Shown piece after piece: positions 30,907 to 46,138 of a DNA stretch of 64,000 bases. The stretch comes from Eledone cirrhosa (taxonomy: Eukaryota): positions 110,732,001-110,796,000 of the forward strand of contig OZ024742.1 of NCBI GenBank assembly GCA_964016885.1, written 5' to 3'. The position numbers and the translations under genes are program-made. Below the pieces are notes generated by a model that worked only from the letters and a program-made list of their open reading frames with translations, was not told the origin of the DNA and ran no database searches. Numbering within the stretch: position 1 is the stretch's first letter; each line of letters starts with the position of its first letter.

Positions 30907-31716
30907 CCTATATATATATATAAAGTTGTAGTTCCTGTCTATTTGTTTGTTTGTTCACGAACTACTCCTATGATTTTTGAGAAATCCAATAACCATATAT
31001 ATTCTGAAACTACATTGTCCAGGGTACTTGGATAAGTATATTTCATTTTAATCAAAGGGTTTCCCGGGAGCACAAACCCCCGCTGACGATCTTTTCCCTT
31101 CGATTCATATGAAATTTAAACCATAGGTAAATGACAAGATATGATGCCTATTCACAAAATTTCAGCAAATCTCAATAATATTAAGACACCCTAATGGGGG
31201 TTAAACACCCTACAGTGAACATTTTGGAAGCCCAAATAAGATAATGTTTTAAACAAAAATGAAATGATCAAGTTTTGAATTGATATTTTGAAAAAAATTA
31301 TTTACAAGAAACAAAATAAGAATTAATAATTGTTTCTACTTTTGGCACAAGGCCAGAAATTACCCAGTGCATTACTGGTACTTTATTTTATCGACCCCCG
31401 TAAGGATGAAAGGAAAATTTAACCTCGGCGGGATTTGAACTCAGAATGGAAAGGGCCGTAACTCTATCCTGCAAAGCATGGCGTCAGACCCTCTACCGAT
31501 ACTGCCAATTCACCGCCCTAAGATTTAATAATGTAATTTTGATTTGCTATATTACAAAAAATAATGTTTTCCCATTTTTCATGCATTACATTTTACATTG
31601 AGTAATATTGAAATGCAGGGTTTTTCTCCATAAATTATATCACTGATTTAAAATCATCATAATTTTTTTACAAAGAAAATGTGTGAAACGCAGCAAGGCG
31701 CGGGTAATTCTGATAG
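30907..31716 (+). mobile_element. Non-autonomous Helitron with nested SINE
   Basis: 5' (T/C)CTATATATATAAAG + GTTT repeats; 3' hairpin CGCAGCAAGGCGCGGG followed by a degenerate CTAG|T end. Confidence 0.65.
31325..31518 (-). mobile_element. Full-length Deu/Nin-type SINE
   Basis: Minus strand GGCGGTGAATTGGCAG..GGTAGAG head, GAGTTCAAATC B box, core and ATT tail. Confidence 0.88.
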
Positions 31717-33817
31717 TCATTAGATAAATGATGATATGATAAGACTGCCGGTTCTAATATAAAAATATGAAAGAAAACTTTTATGAGATTCAACCACTTG
31801 GAAGAGTGAAGAAATATCTTCAGGCATGAACATTACGACATATGTGATTAAAGTAGCCACATTGTTTTGAAAGTAGTCTTGAATAATAGATATAGTGTTC
31901 AATAAATCTTAATATACCCTAAGTTAAATTGATTCAACTTTAGATGTGACCTTGTTTTTCAGTGCCCCCATATTATAGGCCATTTACCTGAGGTTCATGA
32001 TGTTTTCAACACTAGCTCAGGACAAGAACACTAGTTCTCCCTTTGATATGCGTCCCTTAAATACGCAGAGAATAAATGTGAACTTAAAGGGAACAAATTA
32101 ATTATATTATGCAGCCAAGGATATGTTAAAAATATATGCAGTCAAGGATATGTTAAAAAATATTTGCCTAAGGTAATACACCATGAGATTGAATACAAGA
32201 CCTTACGATTACGAAGCGAATTTCTAAACTACTTGGTCACGAATATGTCCATCACAAGTGTGAATTAACTGAATTCATAGCAAATACCTGTCATGTAAAT
32301 GGTTTCTACGTAACTGTCTTACATCATGTAATATAATAATATACTGCCTGATGGCTTTTATTTACACAATAATTGCGCATTTCCATTATATAACATGCCG
32401 CCATAGTATATTGTAGGATAGTGTGTGTGTGCTATTTAACAGTGAAAATATTGAATAGCTGCTGAAATGAATAAACATGAAAAACTCAAACTTAATATCA
32501 TTCACATATTTTGTTCCGTTGGATATGTACACTCTAAACCATGGAGGACAGAGACTTTAGCTTTGCGCTTAACGGCTTGTATCTTTCGCCATACCGTTCA
32601 TATGGCATCGATTAAGATTTTATCTTATGAGTTACATCTTCAGAATATATCGTTAAAGTTGGGTTACGGTAAGTATTAAGCCGAAATTAAAACCTATAGA
32701 TTGTAGTTTATGACATATTAGAGCAAATCTGATCTTAGTGTGCAACATCGATTTATTGAATCTAGTTGCTGTTAGCATGCCTTGTAGCCATTAAACGGAA
32801 AATAAGAGACAGTAATAAAGTTAAAAGGGACATTATATCAGAAAGCCCAACATATATTTTCCTTTAGAACGTCTACATATATAAGTAAATATATACCTAC
32901 TTTTATTTTTCTCTCTTGTCAGTAACAGTAGAAACATCAATTTTATGATCAGATAACCCTCGTTCAAGAATATTTATAATTTTTCACATTTTGCTAGTAT
33001 CAGCGATGTTATGAAAAAGGTTATATTTATTGATACTTTTATGCGAAATAGATTTCTTCATGTGTCGCTTTGATAAGAAATATATGTTCTTCTAGTAGTA
33101 AAATGTACGAGAATCAATTCGACAAAGAAAATATTGTTATCATTTTGTTAATCCACTAACACACGTGTGTTGCATCAAATAACTAACTGGCCTCTTTGAA
33201 AGAAGTTCACGCTGCATAGCGACAGCTATATAGTTTCTATAGGTAGAACAAGAAAAATGAAAGAGAAATATTAGATAACCAAGTATCAATTATATCGTTG
33301 ACAGAACGGAGGACAATAGAATTCAATAAAAACAAAAATAAGAACAATTACAACAGTCTGACAATGTAATTATTTAGACAATATCAAACGTAATAAGAGG
33401 AATACAATAATTAATGGAGTAATAGAGAAATAATGCAATATAAATTCTGTTTTTGTTGTGTGACTCAGCAGACCTAACATCATAATGAACATTTAACACA
33501 TAACATTTCAGTGATCGTGAATATAGGACTAATTATCTTAATTGGCCCTCTTATATAAACTTTTAAATTCTCTAGGCTGGTACAATTTGAGGGAAATCCA
33601 GCTACTATTCCTAGCATATCGCGTGATTACGTACATTCCCTCTAATTGACACGATTCTGTAGATCAGCGTTTCACAAAATCCTTTGCCCAATTCCCAATA
33701 CCCTCCAAAACACTTAGGACTCACTATTAACTTTTACCATAAAGTACCATAAAGTAATAACGATAGTAACTGCAATTACATTTAGATAGTTATAAATAGC
33801 TTTATTATTTTACTTGT

Positions 33818-33895
33818 TTACGGGGTCGATAGAATAAAGTACCAGTAATGCATTGGGTAATTGCTGGCCTTGTGCCAAAAGTAGAAACAATTATT
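33818..33895 (+). mobile_element. SINE 3' fragment
   Basis: CGGGGTCGATAGAATAAAGTACCAG...GTAGAAACAATTATT. Confidence 0.8.
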
Positions 33896-34149
33896 TTAAA
33901 TTCTTAGTTAACATTTCATTTCCCAAAGTATGCTTGCATAGCGAAGTTTCTGCACGTCTCAATCATTTGCTAAGAGATCTTACAGTAAACTAATGCTTAC
34001 CAAGAGCTTCTTGACATGCTCAATGATGTAGGGGAGACTGAATGACCTTCCCGGCCTTGGTACTGAGAGTGAACATATAGGGAGAATTAAATGCAGAGAA
34101 ATAAAACGAAAATAAAAAAGAAATTGCATTAAAACGAAAACAAAAAAGA

Positions 34150-34960
34150 AATTGCATGTTTTATCTAGGTACGATATTTCTCAAATCAACATTATTGTAT
34201 TCATTAAAACAGTTTCTATTTTTGGTCAAACTTTGATTTGTAGTGTTAAAACATGTTCCCGCTAAATAGAAAAGCTATACAATACTTTATTTCACAACAT
34301 ATGATACTTCAGACATTTTACACAAGCTATGAATTTCAAAAATCATCTTTAAATCGTCATTTGGTAAATGAAAGATAGCCTCATGTAAACTAATTTTTTG
34401 GTTCTATTTTGCCCATACATATTATTTTCTTAAGTTAGGTCTCCTCAGCATATTCAGGTCATTAACCTTCGTTTCAAAACACTACTTCAGTTTTTGTGAA
34501 TGTGCACAGTGATTTCACACATTATCATCAGTAAATAATTGTGAAAGGATTTTCATTGATTGAATCTGACTAAATTCCATTTGCTAACGGTTTGCATGCA
34601 CATTTCAATTTTACTTATAAAGCTGCGTTCTTTCCGTGTATTCGACGAGAATTACTTTCTTGCATTTGCAAATTCAGGCGATGTTCATCTAAGGAAGCCG
34701 TTGCCTTCTAACATCATCGAACATCAATGAGGAGAAGTAATATTTCAAATCGTTCATTATTCTCTTCACATAATCAAGGGAACTATCTTGTGTATAAAGT
34801 TAGAGTTTGGATTTTTTAACAGCCAATATTACTAAGGCCAGGTTTGAAAACTGCTGCTAACGAAGGTCTTCTAATGAATTACACAATGATCTTTGAATAG
34901 ATCAGGCATCTACTTTTCCATATATGACAACAGAGCAGCTTAGGTATCAGTTACACAAGA
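34150..34960 (-). pseudogene. Highly decayed hAT (Buster/ZBED8-like) transposase remnant
   Basis: Minus-strand peptides HCVIH, LCEENNERFEILLL.DVR and TCF..NQSLTKNRN...DLR resemble Buster motifs; hAT-like terminus CAGCGTTTCACAAA at 33665. Confidence 0.55.
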
Positions 34961-35012
34961 TATCATGTTGCTGCATATTTTATGCATATACTCTATATGT
35001 GTAAACATTATT

Positions 35013-35151
35013 GAGTTACGGCCCTTGTCATTCTGAGTTCAAATCCCGCCGAGGTTAACTATGCCTTTCATCCTTACGGGGTCGATAAAATAAAGTACCA
35101 GTAATACACTGGGTAATTGCTTGCCTTGTGCCAAAAGTAGAAACAATTATT
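35013..35151 (+). mobile_element. Deu/Nin-type SINE, 5'-truncated
   Basis: B box, core and tail as in other copies. Confidence 0.85.
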
Positions 35152-35524
35152 ACTGCCCAGTAATTGTAAGTATACTAATGAAAACCATCAAATATATTAC
35201 CGAGGATGGGAGCTAATCTTGTTTCTATTTTATATAAATACTGAAAATGTCATTAACATCAAATAGTTATGTGATTTGTATTAAGGTTCCGAGTCTCTGT
35301 CTTTTGTCACTCGAAAATTAGTTAATGCAAATTGTTGAATATTGTTTACTTTTTGCGACCAAACATTGATACCAAATTTTGTAAATATATTCTCCCTTTA
35401 TTTATGTTTTTTTGTTTTGCCAAAACGTTGATTTGTTTACTTAAAAAAGATATGAATTGAGATGATGTTTCTCTTTTTAATTATGTTTTCAAATATGCAT
35501 TGATGTCAAGTCCGCCATGGCTTG

Positions 35525-36260
35525 ATTGAAAATCAGTATTGCGAAAACTGAGACACTCGTTCTCTCAAGGAGGCCTGTGCAATGCACTCTACATGTGAAT
35601 GGAGTTCCACTGAAGCAGGTTGAGAAGTTCAAGTATCTCGGAGCCGTGTTCAAGAGTGATGGAAGGAAGCTGAATTAAGTAAAATAATTGCAAAAGCTTG
35701 AGTGGGGTAGTAATATGCCAGGTTCAGTATTTGGTACGCAGAAGAAATGAAGTAGGTGTAATAGCCAAACTCAACTATCTTCAATTCAGTATTCGTGCCA
35801 ATATTTGCCTTGGGTAATGGACGAAAGAATAGGATCGTGAATACAAGCAGCCGAAATGGGGTTCCGTTACTCGATAGACTAGCTCGGAGATCATAGAGTC
35901 CCTCCAGGTTGAGCTGCTATGTCTCCAAATTGAAAGATCACTGCTCCGATACTATGGGCATGTGGTTAGAATGTCTCAGTAAAGAATCGCTGGACATATT
36001 TTATGGGCAAAACGAACCGATAGGAGACACAGGAATATACCTCGAGCAAGATGGTAGGATAACATACATGAGCTTGGCTGGTCTCGCTTGGGGATTCAAC
36101 CAGATCAGTTGGAGACGGTTGCTTCTGAGAAGACCCGCTGGAAGAAGTGTTGGTGGACTCTGCCCTAACGACCGTCTCAGGAATAAGTGGGCGAAGAAGA
36201 AGAAGAAGAAGAAGAAGAAGAAGAAGAAGAAGAAGAAGAAGAAGAAGAAGAAGAAGAAGA
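35525..36260 (+). mobile_element. RTE-clade LINE 3' fragment with (GAA)n tail
   Basis: LKQVEKFKYLG and LRYYGHVVRM motifs; homologous to 15900-16530. Confidence 0.85.
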
Positions 36261-37529
36261 AATATAGAGACTGAGAATTTTAAAATAAAAAAATAAAAAA
36301 TGGAAGCGCAGTGCTACATATAAAACATTCACGGGGGAATTTTGATCAGTGAAATTTAACATTGATTTGAATAGGTTTCACATTTGACCGCAGTGCTAAG
36401 TACTTCAAAAGTTACATGGAAGTAAACGTGGATTTAAATACCTATCCATTGTTGTGGTGAAGCTTTGGCTTTTTGCCTAGTCATTATCGTCATAGCATGC
36501 GATAAAACTTGTGTTCCTTTGATAAAGAAAATAGGTGAATACTCTAAATGGATGGCTAACACTAGAGATCCGAATAAAAGGTTGCTTTCATCAGAAATCC
36601 AGGTTTTCAAAAGCATGATTCTACAATTGGATTCTTCTGATAATTCATAAAGCAGAGTGGTGATTGGCTTACAGGTGACTGAAAAGATCACTCATTTATC
36701 TGCAGATCAAATTATCAATCTTAAGCTAGAGTAGAGCTGAGATTTCTGTTTTTCTACGAATCGGGATAGTTTGAAAGAAAACTAGAAGTTAGATTCACTG
36801 AATGACCTGTGAAATGATAAAGTTCAAAACAACGCAAGGCTGTCCATCTTATATACATAATAAAAGACAATTTAATTTTGATTCGTAACTGTGCTGAATA
36901 AAATAAAAGACATCAAGGAAAACTTCATGCCATGGCGGACATATTTTCCTAGGCTGATACGTCAAAGCTCATTTGATTGAAAAATCCACACTGCCACACC
37001 GAGAAAGATGTTAGATATTCGCCGAAAATCTTCCAATCCTGGAGCGTGAAATCAACCTTGGTATTAATAACCGACCGAGGTGACTGTACATCTTAAAACA
37101 AAAAAATCTAAATTAAAAAAGAAAAATACATTAAAGAATATATTAAAACATAAATAAGTTTCGCAGCATAATTCGTTTCTTACCACCACTTCACTGATGA
37201 TGACATACATCTGACCGCGCTCCTAAATCCCAGACTCCTGTAATATAATTTTCATTACCGTCCCATCATCACTCCAAACACTTCTCCTTGGGGGCGACAC
37301 GGACAGGTTGGAAAACGTAGAAGTAGATGTATACATAAATGTCAAACTAACTCCACCTTTAAATTGTCTACAGACAAAATGTGTACACAGAAAGGATATT
37401 ATTCCATTGAGCTTGGTTATTAATTGTTATTACTCGATTCACATTAGGCCAGATCTTGAAGAAAAGAGATGTGATATATGATATTTCAGTCGTGACCATC
37501 ACATTATTTAAGACAGTATATCTGAGCAA

Positions 37530-38085
37530 ATTGCACAAGTTATGGAGTTTGTATATCTCGGTCACAAACTATCATCAAACAACAATGGAATGGTTTCTGC
37601 GCAGTATCGCATCTCTCTAGGCTGGGAGCTTTCAACAAGAACAAGGAAGTACTAACATCAAAACGAGTTTCCTATCATTTGAAGGCGAAGATCTTTGATA
37701 CTTACATCCTCCCAGTTGTGTTATATGGTCTTGACTGTGTTAATTGGACGACAAGGTCACTTCAGAAACTTTCTATATTCCAGAACCTCATCATGAGACT
37801 CAGCGGCCGTATCTGTATCAGTGAGCTGCTCAACATTACCAGACTTAGACCAATTACATCAATTGTCAAGTCAAGAGTACTCAAACTATACGGTCATATA
37901 AAAAGATCAACTCGTGGTGTGAGTAGGTTATGCCTGAAAGGAAGGTTGGTTGATAAGAGAAGCAGAGGCCGGCAGCCAAAATGATGGCTTGATAATGTCA
38001 ACTTATGGACTGGACTTGATCTTTACTCTTTGAACTCTGCTGCTGGTGACGAAACTTTGTGGAAAGAGATATCTGATGTTGATGA
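37530..38085 (+). mobile_element. Decayed RTE-like LINE 3' fragment
   Basis: EFVYLG, KIFDTYILPVVLYG, LKLYGHIKR, KRSRGRQPK*WLD motifs. Confidence 0.75.
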
Positions 38086-38409
38086 GGAGTTTAGCGTCAC
38101 AAGAAGATATCTGAGGAATGCATAATACAATATATGTAATGTTAATTCTTGTTAATTTGTTCCTACCACTGTTACTAAACTATTTTGGTCATTGTCTACA
38201 TAAATTGTATGCATGTATGTATGTACACGTAACTCCTTGTTAGGGCGCCGTCATGACATACGGTGTTGCTGGGACATATTAAACCTGGCGAATATCGATC
38301 CCTTTCCAGGTCTGAATACAGCCAATTTCTTCCAGAAAAGGAGGAAGCGAGAGAGAGCGAGAGAGAGAGAGAGTGGGGGGGGGGGGGATTGTGTGTGTGT
38401 TAAAGAGAT

Positions 38410-38530
38410 ATAGTGGAAGAATTGATCCAGATACTATACTGGTACCATTTTTTCGACCTGGAAAAGTTGAAAGGCAAAATTAACCTCAGTGGCATTTGAA
38501 TACAAAAAGCGTAGAGAGCGAGAACGAATA
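38410..38530 (-). mobile_element. Decayed Deu/Nin-type SINE
   Basis: CTGGTAC..TCGACC..TGAAAGGCAAAATTAACCTC..ATTTGAA. Confidence 0.6.
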
Positions 38531-39102
38531 CTATAGAAAATTTGATCCACCTATCTATATAAATTACAGAATTAATAATTATTATGCACTTCAATTCTTG
38601 TTCTACTTCTGTCGTATATGTTCTCTTCGCTGTAAACACATGGTTTTGTTCAAATATAATAGATTATTTACAGATCCCTTACTAATAAAATACAGATAAT
38701 AATGTGGGATTTAATAGATATATCTATAGATCGTTTGACAATGGGTAGATACGCAACCGCACTGGCTCGAACTTGATTCGTGTTGGCCCAAGGGAACAAG
38801 TTGAAATCATAAATATAACTGAAAAGAAACGCAAGACATACTAATGTCTTATAAAAAGTCTCTTCCATACCAATACTCTCCCTTAAAGCATCTATTTAAT
38901 AAATCCCTATAGCATAAAAATAATTACAAACAATACAAATACCCCTTCCCCATCTACATATAACCCTTAGAAATATGTTACATTGTTGTTTATCGTACCG
39001 GTTTATCAGATAATATGAATACTAATTGGATTTAAATTTTAAATTTAAATATATAATTATAGCTGATGCAGCTATTAGTTTTACAATTGTAAACTTTGAA
39101 TA

Positions 39103-39304
<202 letters not shown>

Positions 39305-39374
39305 CGTGTTTTAGTGAAGATGAGGTTGGAGAGATGCAGGGAGAGTTGGGTGCAAATATATATATATATATATA

Positions 39375-40605
39375 TACAAAGTGTTTAAACGATCAAAGTT
39401 TAGTTTAGAATATTTATTTGCTGACAATTGTTTCTTTCATAAGGAAGTCTGGATTCTTCGGAACATAAGGAATGTCGAAACATGTAACTAAAATCCTAGT
39501 CATTTAGAACATTTAAGGTACATAATTGTTATTAGTGTCAAAGGCATCATGTGGAGAGTCAGGGGTTAAAAAGATGTTCTGCTTGAAAGAACACAATTAC
39601 AGGCAGCACTGGTTGGAAGTGTAATAGGTGAAAGTAAAAAGCTCAAGCTAAAAAATCACAAGCAAAAAAAAACACAGGCAAAAATTTATAAGCAAGGAAA
39701 ATTGGTGTACAATGCGGGGGTCAATACAGTCAATAATGCATGTATGAGGAAAGAGTTATAATAAACATATTTTGTCTGGGGTGTTAAAGCATGTTACACT
39801 TATATAAATGTTTAAGACAGTGTGTAATTTGTTAGAGAGGCATGTGGTGATAATTTAGGTATCTGTTGACTCAAAATAATCCCATGGTTAATAGCTGTGA
39901 GTAAGAAACAACACATAGACATAAATACGAACTACAACACAGAAACACTTAAATGAAAATCACATACCAAACTATATCAGGTGCTTTGCATTACACCTTA
40001 CATAACAAATACCTACATTATCACCTCTCTAACACCTCTCTAACAAATTGCACACTATCTTAAACATTTATAACAATTATAACATGCCTTAACACCCCAC
40101 ACAAACTATATTTATTTCAACTGCATTATGACTCTTTCCTCACACATGCCTTATTGACTGTATTGACTCCTGCATTGTACACCAATTTTCCTTGCTTATA
40201 ACTTTTTCGCCTGTGTTTTTTTGCTTGTGCTATTTTTGCCTGTGATTTTTACTTATACCTATTACACTTCCAACCTGTGATGCCTGTAATTGTATTCTTT
40301 CAAGCAGAACATCTTTTTAACTTTTGACTCTCCACATGATGCCTTTGACACTAATAACAATTATGTACCCTAAATGTTCTAAATGACTAGGATTTTAGTT
40401 ACATGTTTCGACATCCCTTATGTTCCGAAGAATCCAGACTTCCCTCTGAAAGAAACAATTGTAAGCAAATAAATGTTCTAAACTAAAATATGATCGTTTT
40501 AACACTTTGTATCTCGGCTCTGTAAAACAATTGAAAATTTGCATTGAGCCTCTTGTCATAGCGGTAACCGGCTAGTACTTAGTATACCCAACATATCTAT
40601 AGTTA
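39375..40605. mobile_element. Fold-back pLTR insertion (~500-bp diverged arms, ~140-bp spacer, right tail)
   Basis: 39375-~39865 inverted against ~40010-40511; tail 40512-~40605; HHR-like motif in both arms; (TA)n flanks. Confidence 0.85.
40421..40467 (+). ncRNA. Hammerhead-like motif with CCGAAGA core
   Basis: TGTT-CCGAAGA-ATCCAG..CTGAAA-GAAA-C-AATT-G-TA-AGCA; mirror copy 39419-39465 has GTC at the cleavage site. Confidence 0.55.
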
Positions 40606-40637
40606 TATCAAACATATATAAATATAAATATTCTTAT

Positions 40638-40706
<69 letters not shown>

Positions 40707-41247
40707 TAGATAGATAGATATATAGATAGATAGATATATAGATGTGTATATTTAACGAACATTGTTTTGGTATGTAATAGATTAAATTTTTCTGTCTGAA
40801 ATTTTCACTATTTGTAGATTAATGTGTCTGCCGTTGTGTTATTTTTGTTGCGTTATATACCTATGTATATACAGCTTCGTACTTTCTTTGCTCTCTCAGT
40901 CAATGATGTTAATGTCTTTCGTATATTAGTATAAATGTGTCTCGCCCTGTGTTTATGTTTGTTATCATATTTTGTTAGCACAAATACATTATATTATATA
41001 GATATCAAGTTATATATATGTGCGTGTATGTACGCTATTATTTATATAGGATTTTATGTCTTGTATATTAATAAAAAATGTATCTGCTTTTATGGATTTT
41101 ATCATATATTGTATCAAAAAAGTATAACCAACTTAAATGGATACGTGTGTTTATGTGCGTGTATTTGTACTAATACATAGACACACTAACAGAGAGAAAC
41201 ATACCCCCACACCCCACACCCACACACATATATACAACACACACAGA

Positions 41248-41330
<83 letters not shown>

Positions 41331-42785
41331 GTATATATATATATATATATATATAAAACTCTTTCAGATTGGAGTAACGTTTCTATTATTACTATCCTCA
41401 CAATATTCCAGAATGCTATAATAAAAGTAATCATTACTATGATAGTAGCCTGGATTTGAGGTTACAGAAAAAATATGCCGTGATTTGAAATGTCTCCAAT
41501 ATTTTACCTCCAAAGAAAGACTACTGCACGTTATTTAATCTGTTAAAAATAGTAGAATGTTCTTTCTCAAATGTTACTCTACGTAATTAAAAATAGAAGG
41601 ACATATTGAAGAATGTAGTTGTAGATAGGCTGTGTCTTCGTCCCCCACCCCACCAAATATAGAGGAAAGTAACGAATCAGAGGTAATTGACAATAGATTT
41701 ACTTCCTATATCAGAAATGAATCTCGACAAAATAAGGTCTACAACAAAAACCAAACCAAAGGAAATAAGCGTATCAGCCAACCTGCTTGACACCATCATT
41801 TGACACTGACGTGGTGTTTATAAATGTTCTGGTCATGTTTCCAGTTTAAAGATGCCGTCCTTCAACCAGATTAGGAGGCCCTGAAAAGAGTTGCACATTG
41901 TAAAAGTCATTTGCAAAAATTGGTACGCGGTCATATCAAACCCGAGACCACCATATTGCGAAGCAAACATCTTAGGCACTCAACCGAACCCACATCAAAA
42001 CAAACCAAGCTTGTACAGACTACAATAGACACACATAGCAAAAGACAAAAAACACAAACATACGCACATACATACGAACAAAAACGCACATGTATGAAAG
42101 ATAAACATAGGGCTTAGCTTTTGATTTCAATTAGTTATATCAAAAGATTAATAATTATAGCAAAATAAATTAGAAGATAAATACGAGATCTCTCGATTCG
42201 CTGAAAATAGAAGTTCTATCACCCTCAAACAATGACACAGGGCAGTCGATCACAACCCATTTCCAAATCATTTAAAAAAAACACCGTTTATTTAAATGTA
42301 TTTTCACGTGTATTCACAGGCATTTGAATGGTCTCTACCCCAAATTATTGGCACTTAATGTCACAACATAACGGACCCTAACGGGCTCGTTGACCACGGG
42401 AAGAAAAACCCTGAGCTAACCATTGAATACAGGAATTACATTTTAGATACATGAAATATAAAATAATTGATTGTAATGTGTGGAAAGCCATTGATAAGTC
42501 TGCGCAGTCAGGGCTAATTGGGGCAAAACAAAAATGGTAACGATTTACGTGTTTTGCCTGTTTATATTTCAAACATGTTTTAATACCCATTCACTTTTCC
42601 AACTAAAAGGATATTTATACCAGTGTTCATGAATACTACTCTATTTCTTGTCCTATGTGAGCAGAAACCTTCAATTAATAGCACATCGGACAGCCGTCGT
42701 GTCTGAATAATTACACACACATACACACACATATATATATATATATATACATATATATACATACAAACACACACACACACACACA

Positions 42786-42854
<69 letters not shown>

Positions 42855-43447
42855 ACACACATATATATATGAGAAAATGACAGCATACTTAATTGAAAAT
42901 ATATTAAAATTAATATCAAAACAACTAATCCAATGCGTTGGCCGTTACATTCGCTTTTAATTATGTCGAATATAATTTTTCAGTAAAAGTAATTAATTGA
43001 TTAACGTTTTGAAGAAATTTTAATTAAATTTTAATTAAGAATTTTAAAATGTTGGAATTGTTTAATTAAATGAGGCATTTTCCCCAGTTTTTCGATTGAG
43101 CTATTTTTATCCGCTTTATTTCTTACATTCAATCTACTTAGATTTATATTCATCACTTGCGTTTTCATGCCGCTAAATTGAAACCAAAAATACGATAAAT
43201 ACACACACATAAACACATGGACACACACACACACATACGTGTTCAAACAAATACGTTTCTGCCTTTCCTCAGTTTATAGGCTCAATCGCTCGGGCGTATC
43301 CCAGTTTCATTTGTGTTAAGGGACTGAGTGAATAAAACTAACCCTTAATAATTCTTTTCTCCAACTAAATGAACGGGACCAACTCTAAATGAAGTGTGTA
43401 TCCTACGACTATAACCTGAACTCACACATTATATATATATATATATA

Positions 43448-43509
<62 letters not shown>

Positions 43510-44424
43510 ACACATTAATTCACATGATTGATTAAACTCTTGCTCAACAGCAAGAAACAGAATTCAGCATAACATTTAATATATCGTTCATGGGTTGTAT
43601 TATTCGAAATTGATGCTGTGTTTGGATGAAATCGTATCTCTGTATTAATTATAGTAAAACTATACAACTGAGATAGATATTTCGATAAAAACGAGGCATT
43701 TATATGATTTATGACCAATATATATTGTATGAAGAATGTTTTCAATCTAATAAGTTTCATCCGTCTAATTTTAAATACAATTCCCTTTGCCAATCATCAC
43801 CCTGTAACAATTGTTAATTTTATCCGATTCAAAGCAGTAACTTCAAATACTTTCATTTTTGATTTGACAGGAATTAAAAGAAACTAATATGTTCAGTAAC
43901 GTGTAAAATCTTAAAATGTTCCATTAGTTAGGTTTGATCCCTATCTCGTTAATGGAAGTGAGTGGAGCTTATTCAAACGGAAAATTAGAAGAATAATGAC
44001 TATAATACGCCAGAGGTTATCACATCAGCTTCACTAGTTATGCTTATCGAATTAAGGCAGAAAACTACTTAGATCAAGGTCACGTTGATACCAAACATTA
44101 TTTATTGTTAATATAGTTATTGTTGTAATTTAGCCCGGGGTCAGGTCTGATTACCTCTATGACGGTAATCGTTCAGGCAGTAACGATCTCTGATTTTATT
44201 CGGATATAATCTATCTAAACTACAATGTGACCTTCATATTCTAAGACTGTAGTATGATGTTAAGAAAATTCGGCATCTATTTCTGCCATATCATGTGATC
44301 GCATAGACTGTAAATTATTGGTGCAAACAGTATCGCTTTCGTTAACCTTTTCTTTATGTATCACTTCACCCTTTTTATTATCTCTCTTTGTCTGCACACA
44401 CACACATGTATATAATCTGTGTAT

Positions 44425-44642
<218 letters not shown>

Positions 44643-44814
44643 AGTGACAAGTGTTTCCGAAGAATAGATAAAAGAAAATGAGCACTTTATGTTAAGTACA
44701 GAGCTAAAATATATTATTATATATAAATTCTCAACACAGCTGCTTGCTACCTAAAATTTCAAAACCTAGCGTTGCTTATCTTTCAGACAATACTAAGAAC
44801 ACTGACGTTATGTT

Positions 44815-45245
44815 ATAGCAGTATCGCTAGGGCGCCGGACAACATGCTTCGCGACATAGAGTTACGGCCCTTTATGTTATGAATTCAAATCTCGCCGAAG
44901 TTAGCTTTGCCTTTCATCCTTACGATAAAGTAAAGTACCTGTCGATAAAATAAAGTACCAGTAACACACTGGGATCGATTTAATCGACATTCCCCTCTTC
45001 CGAAGTTGTTGTCCTTGTGTTTATATCAGAAATCACTATTATTATTATAGGGTCGGTAAAATAAAGTACCAGTAATGCACTGGGTATTTGCTGGCCTTGT
45101 GCTTAAATTAGAAACAATTATTATTAAGAGCGGTAGATTGGCTGAGGTGTTTAGAGCATGGTACAAACGCGTAGCACTATTTTTTCTGGCTTTTTACGTT
45201 CTGGGTTTAATTTCCGTTGAGGCCAACTTCATCTGTCATCCTTTC
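44815..45245 (+). mobile_element. Cluster of three Deu/Nin-type SINE copies/fragments
   Basis: Head-to-tail copies at ~44815-45047, 45049-45125 and 45128-45245. Confidence 0.8.
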
Positions 45246-45994
45246 TCTCTGAAGCCACTATCTGAAGTGCCTTCGTATAGTAAGCGGGGTAACCTATCGA
45301 ATATCGCTTTGGAGGAAGATAATTTAGGGATCCTACGGATAATGTTAGAAACTAGATATTTAAAGATTTCTGGGGATAGGGGTGGCAGGATCCTCTAACG
45401 ATACCTGTTAGTTTGTGCTAGCTTTATGGTATGGTTTATGATACAAGGGACCGGCGGTATGTTTTGATGTTGTTTCTATGCCAGCCGGCCTCTGAATGAC
45501 CCTTAGCGGTGGGGTGGAAGTGTGGGTCTGGCCCCGTCTCACGTCGCTTCTACTGGATGTCGAAAGTAACAAGTCATTGTAATAGTAACTAATTCTACAA
45601 ATGGCTCGCCTTTCCCTCCATCCTGTCTGGCAGTGTTAGTTATAGTAGTCTGAACAAATATCTTCTCCCACCCAGTGTTCAACTTCGTCTGCAACACTAC
45701 GATTAAGGTTATGTTGGATAGAAGGAAATAACTGTGAAAGTGGGGTTGGAATATAACTGAAAACAAGAAGTAAACATAACATATATCCAATTGAATGGAT
45801 ACACTTAAAATAGATATATTTAAAATAGATATCTCTATAGCTTAAAAAGAAAACAAAAGTGTATACAATAGGCATTATGCAGTTGGGCTATAAAGTGCTA
45901 TAATGTGTGAGAGCCTTTCTCCATCGCTAGGTCCACACTCAACAAGGGCTCAATAGATCACATTCACTTGTTCATAGCCCCTGGCTTGGAGATC

Positions 45995-46138
45995 TATGCA
46001 CCTGATGAGCGGAACGCCAGAGTGTAATCTGTCAATATAGGGGGAATGTCCTGGTGGTGTGTGGACAATAGAAATGTTCCGCACAGCTTGCAGTAGACAT
46101 TAGCGAAACGGATCTAGATCTCCGTGCCAACGTGCATA
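45995..46138 (+). ncRNA. Hammerhead-like motif with extra nucleotides at the cleavage junction
   Basis: TATGCAC-CTGATGA-GC...GC-GAAA-CGGA-TCTAGATC-TCCG-T-GCCAAC-GTGCATA. Confidence 0.55.

Noticed and set aside
43515-43810. Possible further hAT transposase remnant
   Set aside because: Only scattered weak motif matches; not supportable by eye.
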